NCBI GenBank assembly: GCA_048128005.1
Contig: JBEUKZ010000070.1
Coordinates: 372,001 to 409,655 of the forward strand
DNA length: 37,655 nucleotides
Origin: Veleropilina oligotropha
Lineage: Eukaryota
Direction: 5' to 3'
In this document: positions 22,901 through 37,577 of the stretch, piece after piece
Layout of the letters: each line of letters opens with the position of its first letter
Position numbering within the stretch: position 1 is the first letter of the stretch
The notes under the pieces: generated by a model
Database searches by the model: none
What the model saw: the letters and a program-made list of their open reading frames with translations, nothing else
Told to the model about the DNA's origin: nothing
Program-made: the position numbers and the translations under genes

Positions 22901-23700
22901 CTTCACTTCTAAACTTCTTAAGTTCTTCACTTCAACACTTCTATGTTCTTCACTTCAACACTTCTTATGTTCTTCACTTCTACACTTATTATATTCTTCA
23001 CGTCTGCATGTCTATGTTCTTCACTTCAACACTTCTTATGTTCTTCACTTCTACACTTCTACACGTCTTTCCTTGTATACTTTTTATGTTGTTCAACTCT
23101 ATAATTCTTATGTTCCACACTTATATGTTCTTCACTTCAACACTTCATATATTCTTCACTTCTACGCTTCTAATTTTCTACACTTCTAATTTTCTACACT
23201 TCTTATATTCTTCACTTCGACATTTCTTATGTCCTATGCTTCTTATGTTCTACACTTCTTATGTTCTTCACTTCCACACTTTTATGTTCTTCACTTCTGC
23301 ACTTCTTGTGTTCTTCACTACTACAATTCTTATGTTCTTCACTTCTACACTTCTTGTGTTCTTCACTTCTACACTTCTTACGTTCTTCACTTCTATACTT
23401 CTTATATTTTTCACTTATAAACTTTTATGTTCTTCACTTTTGAGCTTCTTATGTTCTTCACTTCTACACTTCTTTTGTTCGTCACTTCTACATTTCTTAT
23501 ATTCTTCACTTCTAAACTTCTTACGTTCTACTCTTCTATGTTCTTAACCGCTACACTTCGTATATTCTTCAATCCTACACTTCTTATGTTCTTCACTTCA
23601 ACACTTCTTATGTTCTTCAATTGTACACTTCTTATGTTCTTCATTTCAACACTTCTTATATTCTTCACTTCTACACTTCTTATGTTCTTCACTTCTACAC
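16960..23700 (+). repeat. Higher-order repeat block: about four near-identical 1.4-1.7 kb satellite segments
   Basis: Rare variant GTTCGTAAGTTCTAC recurs at ~17492, 18878, 20897 and 22522. Identical translated ORFs at 17450/18836/22480 and 17674/19060. Confidence 0.88.
20513..20776 (+). mobile_element. SINE family A, full-length young copy with 13-bp TSD
   Basis: A box TAGCGCAGTGG, B-box-like GGATCGACCCC, poly-C tail. TSD ACTTCTATGTTCT at 20500-20512 and 20777-20789. Empty sites in sister HOR copies near 17350 and 22380. Confidence 0.93.
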
Positions 23701-24352
23701 TTCTATGTTCATCACTTCTACACTTCTTATATTCCTCAATTCTACACCTCTATGTTGTCCACATCAACACTTCTACGTTCTTCATTTCAACACTTCTATG
23801 TTCTTCACATCAACAATTATGTTCTTCACTTCTACACTTCTAATGTTATTCACTTCAACATTTCTTATGTTCTTCACTTCTAAACTTCTTATGTTCTTCA
23901 CTTCTACACTTCCATGTTCTTCACATCTACACTTATATGTGCTATACTTCTATGCTCTTCACTTCTACAATCCTTATATTCTTCACTTTTACACTTATGT
24001 TCTTCACTTCTACACTTATTATGTTCGTCACTTCTACATTTCTTATGTTATTCACTTCTACACTTCTTATGTACTACACTTCTATGTTCTTCACTTCTAC
24101 ACTTCTTATGTTCTTCACTTCTACACTTCTTATGTACTACACTTCGTATGTTCGTCACTTATACACTTCTTATGTTCTTCACTTCTACACTTCTTATGTA
24201 CTACACTTCGTGTGTTCGTCACTTATACACTTCTTATGTTCTTCACTTCTACACTTCTTATGTTCTACACTTCTTATATTCTTTACCTCTACACTTCTTA
24301 TGGGCTTCACTCCTACACTTCTTATGTTCTTCACTTCTACACTGTTATTCCT

Positions 24353-24570
24353 GGCCCCTTCGGCAGTGCAATGGGTAAGAGTGTCCATTATCAATTCACT
24401 GGCATGATTCCGCTAATGTGAACAGTAGTGGGTTCAATACCTGGCTGAGGCATTGACATTTGTTCAAGTTATGAATCACAGTTGTCCTCGACTGGCCGAA
24501 GAGGGCGGCTTTACCCTTGAACCTCGATGTTTTAAATATACATGACATTAATCATAAAAAATGAAAAAAC
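24353..24570 (+). mobile_element. SINE family A, internally deleted variant with A-rich tail
   Basis: Homologous to the 20513 copy; lacks ~44 bp between TTTACCC and TTGAACC. Confidence 0.88.
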
Positions 24571-26541
24571 TTTCATTCCTCACTTCTACATATCTTATGT
24601 TCCTCACTTCTACACTTCTTATGTTCTTCACTTCTACACCTCGATGTTCTTCACTTCCACTCTTCTTATGTTCTTCATTTCTACACTTATTATGTTCTTC
24701 AATTCTACAATTCTTATATTCTTCACTTCTACACTTCTTATGTTCTACACTTCTATGTTCTTCACTTCTATGTTCTTCACTTCTAGATTTCTATGTTATT
24801 CACTTCTACACATCTTTGTTCTTCACTTCTATGCTTCTATGTTCTTCACTTCTACAATTCTATGATCTTCAATTCTACACTTCTATGTTCTTCACTTCTA
24901 AACTTCTTATGTTCTTCAATTCTACACTTCCATGTTCTTCACATCTACACTTCTATGGTCTATACCTCTATGCTCTTCACTTCTGCAATTATATTCTTCA
25001 CTTCTAGACTTCTTATGTTCGTCACTTCTACACTTCGTATGTTCTTCACTTCTACACTTCTTATGTTGTACACTTCTATGTTCTTCACTTCTACAATTCT
25101 ATGATCTTCAATTCTACACTTCTATGTTCTTCACTTCTAAACTTCTTATGTTCTGCAATTCTACACTTCCATGTTCTTCACATCTACACTTCTATGGTCT
25201 ATACCTCTATGCTCTTCACTTCTGCAATTATATTCTTCACTTCTAGACTTCTTATGTTCTTCACTTCTACACTTCTTATGTTCGTCACTTCTACACTTCT
25301 TATGTTCTTCACTTCTACACTTCTTTTGTTCTGCACTTCTACAATTCTTATATTCTTCACTTCTATGTTCTTCAGTTTTGCACATCTTACGTCCTTCACT
25401 TCTACACTTCTTATATTCTTCACTTCTACACTTCTTATATCCTTCACTTCTACACTTCTAATGTTCTTCACTTCTACACTTCTTATGTTCTATGCTTCTG
25501 CACTTATGTTCTTCACTTCTACACTTCTTATGTTCTTCACTTCTACACTTCTTATGTCCTTCACTTCTACACTTCTTATGTTCTTCACTTCTACACTTTT
25601 TATGTTCTTCACTTCTACACTTCTTATGTCCTTCACTTCTACACTTCTTATGTTCTTCACTTCTACACTTCTTCTGATCTTCACTTCTACATTTCTTATG
25701 TTCTTCACTTCTATACTTCCTATATTTTACACTTCTACACTTTTATGTTCTTCACTTTTGCACTTCTTATGCTCTTCACTTCTACACTTCGTATGTTTAT
25801 TACCTCTACACTTCTTATGTGCTTCACTTCAACACTTCTTATGTTCTTCTCTTCTACATTTCTTGCATTCGTCACTTCTGCACTTCTTCTGTCCTTCATT
25901 TCAACACTCTTATGTTCTTCACTTCTACGCTTCTTATATTTTTCACTTCTACTATCTTATGTTCTTAACTTCTACACTTATGTTCTTTACTTCTACACTT
26001 CTTATATTCTTCACTCCAACACTTCTTATGTTCTTCACTTCTACACTTCTTATGTTCTTCACTTCTACACTTATGTTCTTCACTTCTACACTTCTATGTT
26101 CTTCACTTCTACACTTCTATGTTCTACACTTCTATGCTCTTCAGTTCTACACTTCTTATATTCTTCACTTCTACACTTCTTATGTTCTTAACTTCTACAC
26201 TTCTTATTTTCTTCACTTCTACACTTTTTATATTCTTCACTCCTACACTTCTTATGTTGTTCACTTCTACATTTCTTATATTTTCACGTCTACAATTCTT
26301 ATATTCCTCACTTCCACACATCTATGTTGTTCACTTCAACACATCTATGTTCATCATTTCAACACTTCTATGTTCTTCACATCAACAATTCTTATGTTCT
26401 TCAATTCTACACTTCTGATGTTATTCACTTCAACACTTCTTATGTACTTTACTTCTACACTTCTATGTTCTTCACTTCTACACTTTTTATTTTCTTCAAT
26501 TCTACGCTTCTTATGTTCTTCACTTCTACACTTTTATTCCC

Positions 26542-26759
26542 GTCCACTTCGGCAGCACAGTGGGTAAGAGTGTCCACTATAAATTCACTGGCATGATTCT
26601 GCTAATGTGAACAGGAGTGGGTTCAATACCTGGATGAGGCATTGACATTTGTTCAAGTTATGAATCACAGTTGTCCTTTACTGGCCGAAGAGGGCGGCTT
26701 TACCCTTGAACCTCGATGTTGTAAATATACATGACATTAATCATAAAAAATAAAAAAAC
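26542..26759 (+). mobile_element. SINE family A, internally deleted variant
   Basis: Same deletion, tail and 3' flank (CTTTCATTCCTCACTTCTACA) as the 24353 copy. Confidence 0.88.
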
Positions 26760-28065
26760 TTTCATTCCTCACTTCTACATTTCTATGTTCTTCACGTCTT
26801 CACTTCAACACTTCTTATGTTCTTCACTTACACTTCTTATATTATTCACGTCTACAATTCTATTTTCTTCACTTCAACACTTCTCTGTTCTTCACTTCAA
26901 CACTTCATATGTTCTTCACGTCTATGTTCTTCACTTCAACACTTCTTATGTTCTTCTCTTCAACACTTCTCTGTCCTACACTTCAACACTTCTTATGTTC
27001 TTCACTTACACTTCTTATATTCTTCACGTCTACACTTCTATGTTCTTCACTTCAACACTTCTCTGTTCTTCACTTCAACACTTCGTATGTTCTTCACTTC
27101 TATGTTCTTCACTTCAACACTTCTTATGTTCTTCATTTCTACCCTTCTTATGTTCTACACTTCTATGTTGTTCACTTCAACACTTCTTAAGTTGTTCACT
27201 TCTACACTTCTATGTTCTTCCCTTCTACACTTCTTATATTCTTCACTTCTACACTTCTGATGTTTCGCACTTCTATGTTCTTCACTTCAATACTTCTTTT
27301 GTTCTTCACTTCAACACTTCTTATATTCTTCACTTCTACACTTCTTATGTTCTTCACTACTACACTTCTTATATTCTTCACTTATACATTTCTTATGTCC
27401 TATGCTTCTTATGTTCTACATTTCTTATGTTCTTCACTTCTACACTTCTTATATTCTTCACTTCTACACTTATATTCTTCACTTCTACACTTCTTATATT
27501 CTTCACTTCTACACTTATATTCTTCACTTCTACACTTCTTATGGCTTTCACTTCTACACTTCTTATGTTCTTCACTTCTATACTTCTTATGCTCCACACT
27601 TTATGTTCTTCATTTCAATACTTTTTATGTTCTTCACTCCTACACTTCTTATATTGTTCACTTCTACACTTTTTATGTTCTTCACTTCTATTCTTCTTAT
27701 ATTCTTCACTTCTACACTTCTTATGTTCTTCACTTCTATAATTCTTATGCTCTACACTTTATGTTCTTCATTTCAATACTTTTTATGTTCTTCACTCCTA
27801 CACTTCTTATATTGTTCACTTCTACACTTTTTATGTTCTTCACTTCTATACTTCTTATATTCTTCACTGCTACACTTACATATTCTTCACTTCTATACTT
27901 CTTATGTTCTTCACTTCTATACTTATTATGTTCTTCACTTCTCTACTTCTTATGTTCCTTACTTCTATTTTCTTGACCTCATCGCTTCTATATTCTTCAC
28001 TTCTACACTTTTTATTTTCTTCAATTCTACACTTCTTATGTTAATCACTTCTATCTTTTATTCCT

Positions 28066-28283
28066 GGCCACTTCGGCAGCGCAATGTGTAAGGGTATCCA
28101 ATATAAATTCACTGGCATGATTCCGCTAATGTGAACAGTAGTGGTTTCAATACCTGGCTGAGGCATTGACATTTGTTCAAATTATGAATCACAGTTGTCC
28201 TCGACTGGCTGAAGAGGGCGGGTTTACCCATTGAAGCTCGATGTTGTAAATATACTGGACATTAATCATAAAAAATAAGAAAA
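28066..28283 (+). mobile_element. SINE family A, internally deleted variant
   Basis: Same deletion and flanks; essentially identical to the 29582 copy. Confidence 0.88.
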
Positions 28284-29581
28284 CTTTCATTCCTCACTTC
28301 TACATATCTTATGTTCCTCACTTCAACACTTCTTATGTTCTTCACTTCTACACCTCTATTTTCTTCACTTCTACATTTCGATGTTCTTCACTTCTACGTT
28401 TCTTATGTTCTTCTCTTCCACTCTTCTTATGTTCTTCATTTCTACAATTCTTATATTCTTCACTTCTACACTTCATATGTTCTACACTTCTATGTTCTTC
28501 ACTTCTAGATTTCTATGTTATTCACTTCTACACATCTATGTTCTTCACTTCTACACTTATTATTTTCTTCACTTCTACACTTATTATTTTCTTAATTTCC
28601 GCACTTCTTATGTTCTTCACTTCTACACTTCTAAGTTCTTCACTTCTACAATTCTATGTTCTTCACTTCTACACTTCTATGTTCTACACTTCTACACTTC
28701 TTATATTCCTCACTTCTACACTTCTTATATTCCTGACTTCTACATTTCTATGTTCTTCACGTCAACACTTCTATGTTCTTCACTTTTACACTTTTATGTT
28801 CTTCACTTCTACTGTTATATGGTCTTCACTTCTAAACTTCGTATATTGTTCACATGTGCACTACTATGTTCTTCACTTCAACACTTCTTATATTCTGCAC
28901 GTCCATGGTCTTCACTTCAACTCTTCTTATGTTATTCACTTCTACCCTTCTTATGTTCTACACTTCTATGTTCTTCACTTCAACACTTCTTATGGTCTTC
29001 ACTTCAACACTTCTTATGTTCTACACTTCTATTTTCTTCACTTCTACACTTCTTTTATTCTTCACTTCTACACTTCTTATGGTCTTCACTTCAACACCTC
29101 TATGTTCTTCACTTCAACACTTGTATGTTCTTCAATTCAACACTTCTCTGTTCTTCACTTCAACACTTCTTATGTTCTTCACTTACACTTCTTATATTCT
29201 TCTCGTCTACACTTCTATGTTCTTCCTTTCAACACTTTTCTGTTCTTACCTTGAACACTTGTAAATGTTCTTCACTTCTACCGTTCTTATGTTCTACACT
29301 TCTATGTTCTTTTCTTCAACACTTGTTATGTTCTTCACTTCAACACTTCGTACGTTCTACACTTCTATGTTCTTCACTTCTACATTTCTTATATTCCTCA
29401 CTTCTACACTTCTTATGGTCTTCACTTCAACATGTCTATGATCTTCAATTCAACATTCTCTGTTCTTCACTTCAACACTTCTTATGTTCTTCACTTACAC
29501 TTCTTATATTCTTCACTTCTACACTTTTTATTTTCTTCAATTCTACACTTCTTATGTTAATCACTTCTATCTTTTATTCCT

Positions 29582-29799
29582 GGCCACTTCGGCAGCGCAA
29601 TGTGTAAGGGTATCCAATATAAATTCACTGGCATGATTCCGCTAATGTGAACAGTAGTGGTTTCAATACCTGGCTGAGGCATTGACATTTGTTCAAATTA
29701 TGAATCACAGTTGTCCTCGACTGGCTGAAGAGGGCGGGTTTACCCATTGAAGCTCGATGTTGTAAATATACTGGACATTAATCATAAAAAATAAGAAAA
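29582..29799 (+). mobile_element. SINE family A, internally deleted variant (tandem duplicate, 1,516-bp period)
   Basis: Identical to the 28066 copy. Confidence 0.88.
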
Positions 29800-32536
29800 C
29801 TTTCATTCCTCACTTCTACATATCTTATGTTCCTCACTTCAACACTTCTTATGTTCTTCACTTCTACACCTCTATTTTCTTCACTTCTACATTTCGATGT
29901 TCTTCACTTCTACGTTTCTTATGTTCTTCTCTTCCACTCTTCTTATGTTCTTCATTTCTACAATTCTTATATTCTTCACTTCTACACTTCATATGTTCTA
30001 CACTTCTATGTTCTTCACTTCTAGATTTCTATGTTATTCACTTCTACACATCTATGTTCTTCACTTCTACACTTATTATTTTCTTCACTTCTACACTTAT
30101 TATTTTCTTAATTTCCGCACTTCTTATGTTCTTCACTTCTACACTTCTAAGTTCTTCACTTCTACAATTCTATGTTCTTCACTTCTACACTTCTATGTTC
30201 TACACTTCTACACTTCTTATATTCCTCACTTCTACACTTCTTATATTCCTGACTTCTACATTTCTATGTTCTTCACGTCAACACTTCTATGTTCTTCACT
30301 TTTACACTTTTATGTTCTTCACTTCTACTGTTCTATGGTCTTCACTTCTAAACTTCGTATATTGTTCACATGTGCACTACTATGTTCTTCACTTCAACAC
30401 TTCTTATATTCTGCACGTCCATGGTCTTCACTTCAACTCTTCTTATGTTATTCACTTCTACCCTTCTTATGTTCTACACTTCTATGTTCTTCACTTCAAC
30501 ACTTCTTATGGTCTTCACTTCAACACTTCTTATGTTCTACACTTCTATTTTCTTCACTTCTACACTTCTTTTATTCTTCACTTCTACACTTCTTATGGTC
30601 TTCACTTCAACACCTCTATGTTCTTCACTTCAACACTTGTATGTTCTTCAATTCAACACTTCTCTGTTCTTCACTTCAACACTTCTTATGTTCTTCACTT
30701 ACACTTCTTATATTCTTCTCGTCTACACTTCTATGTTCTTCCTTTCAACACTTTTCTGTTCTTACCTTGAACACTTGTAAATGTTCTTCACTTCTACCGT
30801 TCTTATGTTCTACACTTCTATGTTCTTTTCTTCAACACTTGTTATGTTCTTCACTTCAACACTTCGTACGTTCTACACTTCTATGTTCTTCACTTCTACA
30901 TTTCTTATATTCCTCACTTCTACACTTCTTATGGTCTTCACTTCAACATGTCTATGATCTTCAATTCAACATTCTCTGTTCTTCACTTCAACACTTCTTA
31001 TGTTCTTCACTTACACTTCTTATATTCTTCACGTCTACACTTCTATGTTCTTCACTTCAACACTTCTCTGTTCTTCACTTCAACACTTCTTATGTTCTTC
31101 CCTTCAACACTTCTTATGTTCTTCACTTCAACACATCTTATGGTCTTCACGTCTATGTTCCACTTCAACACTTCTTATGTTCTTCACTTCTACCCTTCTT
31201 ATGTTCTGCACTTCTATGTTCTTCACTTCAACACTTCTTATGTTCTTCAGTTCAACACTTCTCTGTTCTTCACTTCAAAACTTCTTATGTTCTTCACTTA
31301 CACTTCTTATATTCTTCACGTCTACACTTCTATGTTGTTCACTTCAACAATTCTCTGTTCTTCACTTCAACACTTCTTTTGTTCTTCACGTCTATGTTCT
31401 TCACTTCAACACTTCTTATGCTCTTCACTTCTACCCTTCTTATGTTCTACACTTCTATGTTCTTCACTTCAACACTTCTCATGTTGTTAACTTCCACACT
31501 TCTATTTTCTTCCCTTCTACACTTCTTATGTTCTTCACATCTACACTTCTTATATTCCTCACTTCTACACTTCTTATATTCTTCAGTTCTACATTTCTTA
31601 TGTCCTATGCTTCTTATGTTCTACACTTCTAATGTTCTTAGCTTCTACACTTCTTATGTTCTTCACTTCAACACTTCTTATGTTCTTCTCTTCTACACTA
31701 ATATTCTTCACTTCTACACTTATATTCTTAACTTCTACACTTATATTCTTCACTGCTACACTTCTTATGGTTTTCACTTCTACACTTCTTATGTTCTTCA
31801 CTTCTATACTTCTTATGCTCTACACTTTATTATTTTCATTTCAACACTTTTATGTTCTTCACTTCTACACTTCTTATATTGTTCACTCCTTCACTTTTAT
31901 GGTCTTCACTTCTCTAATTCTTATGTTCTTCACTTCTCTAATTCTTATGTTCTACCCTTCGATGTTCTTCAACTCAACACTTCATATGTTCTTCATTTAA
32001 ACACTTCTGATGCTCTTCATTTCTACAATTCTTATCTTCTTCAACACTGCACTTCTTATGTTTTTAACTTCTACACTTTTTATGTTCTTCACTTCGTATA
32101 TTCTTCACTTCTACACTTCTTGTGTTCTTCACTTCTACACTTCTTATGTTCTTCACTTCTACACTTCTTATTTTCTTCACTTCAACACTTCTTATGTTCT
32201 TCACTTCTACACTTCTTATGGTTTTCACTTCAACACTTCTTATGTTCTTCACTTCTATACTTCTTATGCTCTACACTTTATGTACTTCATTTCAACACTT
32301 TTTATGTTCTTCACTCCTACACTTCTTATATTGTTCACTCTACACTTTTTATGTTCTTCACTTCTATACTTCTTATATTCTTCACTTCTACACTTTTATG
32401 TTCTTCCCTTCTCTACTTCTTATGTTCCTTACTTCTATGTTCTTGACCTCATCACCTCTATGTTCTTCACTTCTACACTTTTTATTTTCTTCAATTCTAC
32501 ACTTCTTATGTTATTCACTTCTACACTTTTATTCCT

Positions 32537-32799
32537 GGCCGCTTCGGCAGCGCAGTGGGTAGAGTGTCCACTCTAAATTCACTGGCTTGATTCCGCTAAT
32601 GCGAACAGTAGTGGGTTCAATACCTGGCTGAGGCATTGAAACTTGTTCAAGTTATGAATCACAGTTGTCCATGACTGGCCGGGTTTACCTGGGCGACCGG
32701 GGTTTCCTCCCGCGATAACACGGACATGTCCTGCCTTGAACCTAGATGTTGTAAATACACAGGACATTAACCATCATTCCTCCCTTTTCCTCCTTTTTT
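32537..32799 (+). mobile_element. SINE family A, near full-length copy
   Basis: A box CAGCGCAGTGG, B box GGTTCAATACC, intact central part except a ~9-bp deletion, (TCC/TTCC) tail. Confidence 0.9.
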
Positions 32800-35700
32800 A
32801 TTCTTCACTTCTACACTTTTTATTTTCTACACTCCTACACTTCTTATGTTCTTCATTTAAACACTTCTTATGCTCTTCACTTCTACCATTGTTATGTTCT
32901 TCATTTAAACACTTCTTAAGCTCTTCACTTCTACACTTCTTATCTTCTTCAACACTGCACTTCTTATGTTCTTAACTTCTACATTTTTTATGTCCTTCTC
33001 TTCTTATATTCTTCACTTCTACACTTCTTGTGTTCTTCACTTCTACACTTCTGATGTTTTTCACTTCTACACTTCTTATGTTCTTCAATTATACCCCTCT
33101 TATATTCTTCACTTCTACACTTCTTATGTTCTGCACTTCTACACTTCTTGTGTTCTTCAGTTCTACACTTCTTATGTTCTTCAATTTTATGCTTCTTCAT
33201 CACTTTTATATTCTTCACTTCTGCACTTCTTCTGTTCTTCATTTCAACACTTCTTATGTTCTTCACTTCTAAACTTCTTAAGTTCTTCACTTCAACACCT
33301 CTATGTTCTTCACTTCACCACTTCTGTGTTCTTCACTTCAACACTTCTATGTTCTTCACTTCAACACCTCTTATGTTCTTCACTTGTACACTTCTACACT
33401 TTTTATGTTAATCACTTCTATATTTCATATGTTCCACACTTCTATGTTCTTCACTTCAACTCTTCTTATGGTCTACACTTCAACACTTCATATATTCTTC
33501 ACTTCTACACTTCTTATGTTCTTCACTTCCACACCTTTATGTTCTTCACTTCTACACTTCTTACGTTCTTCACTTCTATACTTCTTATATTTTTCACATA
33601 TAAACTTTTATGTTCTTCACTTTTACACTTCTTATGTTCTTCACTTCTACAGTTCTTTTGATCGTCACTTCTACATTTCTTATATTCTTCCCTTCTACAC
33701 TTCTTATGTTCTTAACCACTACACTTCGTATATTCTTCACTCCTACACTTCTTATGTTCTTCACTTCAACACTTCTTATGTTCTTCACTTGTACACTTCT
33801 TCTGTTCTTCCTTTCAACACTTCTTATGTTCTTCACTTCTAAGCTTCTTATATTCTTCACTTCTACACTTCTTATGTTCTTAACTTCTACACTTTGTATG
33901 TTCTGAACTTCCACACTTCTTATGTTCTTCACTTCTACACTTCTTATGTTCGTTTCTTCTACACTTCTTGTTCTTCACTTCTACACTTCTTATGTTGTAC
34001 ACTTCTATGTTTTTCACTTCAACACTTCTTATGTTCTTCCCTTCTACACTTCTTTTGTTCTTCACTTCTACAATTCGTATATTCTTCACTTCTAGGTTCG
34101 TCAGTTTTGCACATCTTATGTCCTTCACTTCTACACTTCTTATGTTTTTCACTTCTTCACTTCTTATGTTCTTCACTTCTACACTTCTTATGTTCTTCAC
34201 TTCTACACTTCTTATGTCCTTCACTTCTACACTTCTTATGTTCTTCACTTCTATACTTCTTATATTTTCCATTCTACACTTTTATGTACTTCACTTCTAC
34301 ACTTCTTATATTCTACACTTCAACACTTCTTATGTTCTACAACTCTTATGTTCTACACTTCTTATGTTCTTTACCTCTACACTTCTTATGTGCTTCACTC
34401 CTACACTTCTTTTGTTCTTAACTTCTACACTTCTTATGTTCTTCACTTCTACACTTCATATATTCTTCACCAACACTTCTTATGTTCTTCACTTCAACAC
34501 TTCTTATGTTCTTCTCTTCTACATTTCTTATATTCTTAACTTATGCACTTCTTCTGTCCTTCATTTCAATACTTCTTATGTTCTTCACTTCTACGCTTCT
34601 TATATTCTTCACTTCTACACTTGTTATGTTCTTCACTTCTACCCTTCTTATATTCTTCACTCCAACACTTCTTATGTTCTTCACTTCTACACTTCTTATG
34701 TTCTTCACTTCTACACTTCTTATGTTCTTCACTTCTACCCTTCTATGTTCTTCACTTCTACACTTCTATGTTCTACTCTTCTATGCTCTTCACTTCTACA
34801 CTTCTTATTTTCTTCACTTCTACACTTCTTATTTTCTTCACTTCTACACTTCTTATGTTCTTCACTTCTACACTTCTTTTATTCTTCACTTCTACACTTC
34901 TTATGTTCTTCACTTCTACATTTCTTATGTTTTCACTTTTACACTTGTTATATTCCTCACTTCTACACATCTATGTTGTTCACTTCAACACATCTATGTT
35001 CTTCATTTCAACACCTCTATGTTCTTCACATCAACAATTCTTATGTTCTTCAATTCTACACTTCTGATGTTATTCACTTCAACACCTCTTATGTACTTTA
35101 CTTCTACACTTCTATGTTCTTCACTTCTACACTTATTATTTTCTTCAATTCTAGACTTCTTATGTTCTTCTTATATTCTTCATTTCTACACTTCTTATGT
35201 CCTATGCTTCTTATGTTCTACACTTCTTATGTTCTTCACTTCTACACTTCTTATATTCTTCACTTCTACACTTATATTCTTCACTTCTACACATTTTATG
35301 GTTTTCAATTCTACAATTCTTATGCTCTTCACTTCTATACTTCTTATGCTCTACACTTTATGTTCTTCATTTCAACACTTTTTTATGTTCTTCACTCCTA
35401 CACTTCTTATATTGTTCACTTCTACACTTTTTATGTTCTTCACTTCTACACTTCTTATGTTCTTCACTTCTATACTTATTATGTTCTTCACTTCTACATT
35501 TCTTATATTCTTCACTTCTACACATCTTATGTTCTTCACTTCTATAATTCTCATATTCTTCACTTCTATACTTCTTATATTCTTCACTTCTACACTTCTT
35601 ATGTTCTTATCTTCTACACTTCTTATATTCTTCACTTCTACATTTCTTATGTTCGTAGCTTCTACACTTCTTACGTTCTTCACTCCTACACTTCTAATTT

Positions 35701-36081
35701 TCTCCATTTCAACACTTATTATGCTCTTCACTTCTACACTTCTTATATTCTTCAACTCTGCACTTCTTATGTTCTTAACTTCTACACTTTTTATGTTCTT
35801 CACTTCTTATATTCTTCACTTCTACACTTCTTGTGTTCTTCACTTCTACACTTCTTATGTTTTTCACTTCTACACTTCTTATGTTCTTAAATTATACCCC
35901 TTTTATATTCTTCACTTCTACACTTCTTATGTTCTGCATTTCTACGCTTCTTATGTTCTTAAATTATACCCCTCTTATGTTCTTCACTTTTACGCTTCTT
36001 TATCACTTCTATATTCTTCACTTCTACACTTCTTATGTTCTTCACTTCTACACTTTTATGTTCATCACTTCTACACTTCTA

Positions 36082-36343
36082 GGCCGCTTCGGCAGCGCAG
36101 TGGGTAAGAGTGTCCACTCTAAATTCACTGGCTTGATCCCGCTAATGCGAACAGTAGTTTGTTCAATACCTGGAAGAGGCATTGACATTTGTTCAAGTTA
36201 TGTCTCACAGTTGTCCGTGACTGGCCGAAGATGGTGGGTTTACCTGGGCGACCGGGGTTGCCTCCGGCGATAACACGGACATGTCCTGCCTTGAACTTCG
36301 ATGTTGTAAATATACATGACATTAAGCATCATTCCCCCTCCTC
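36082..36343 (+). mobile_element. SINE family A, full-length copy
   Basis: Same structure as the other family A copies; tail ATTCCCCCTCCTC. Confidence 0.9.
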
Positions 36344-36841
36344 TTACATTTCTATGTTCTTCACTTCTACGCTTCTATGTTCATCACTTCTACTCTTTTT
36401 ACGTTGATTGAGATAGTTTTCGGCTCGTCAGTGATCTTTTTTGAGTAGTCATGCAAACTTTGTATTCGGCCTGTCGATGGTGATTAACAGTATATAATAA
36501 TGAAAGAACCATACAAACATCGGATCGTCAGTGATGATCATTTCAATCATTGCGTACGATTCTTCAGTGATATTTTTACATTAACCATGCGAACATTGAG
36601 TTTGATTCGTAAAATTTGGATCAATACTCAATGACACATTTTATCAAACATCAGGGTCAAACAATGACTTGGAAAAACTCTTCGCGCACAAGCCAGTTGT
36701 GAACAGCCGTGATTATATATGTAATTGAACAAAGTGATTAACAGATGATTCCAACCCACTTCATGATATGTCACATATTCTGGTGTTTATGTAATAAATT
36801 TGGGTCTCTTTTCCAAAATAACAGAGGGCACTTTTTGCTAG

Positions 36842-37577
<736 letters not shown>

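Larger units (their letters stand above)
27990..31030 (+). repeat. Recent 1,516-bp tandem duplication (SINE + satellite)
   Basis: ORF pairs 28311/29827, 28538/30054 and 28854/30370 are identical or near-identical, all offset by 1,516. Confidence 0.92.
10071..36400 (+). repeat. ~26-kb satellite array, 24-bp consensus TTCTTATGTTCTTCACTTCTACAC (3 x 8-bp subunits)
   Basis: Directly visible tandem units with 16-, 21- to 23- and 24-bp variants. The + strand is pyrimidine-rich and G-poor. Single orientation throughout. Confidence 0.98.

Noticed and set aside
10071..36400. CRISPR-like array interpretation of the regular repeats
   Set aside because: Repeats are directly tandem with no unique spacers, no cas genes are present, and the context is eukaryotic.
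10011..36407. Dozens of long ORFs (MFFTSTLL / CSSLLHFL / YVLHFYTS / KNIRSVEV repeats, up to 849 aa)
   Set aside because: They are translations of a stop-poor 24-bp satellite, open in all frames with frequent frame-breaking unit-length variants, so there is no sign of coding constraint.
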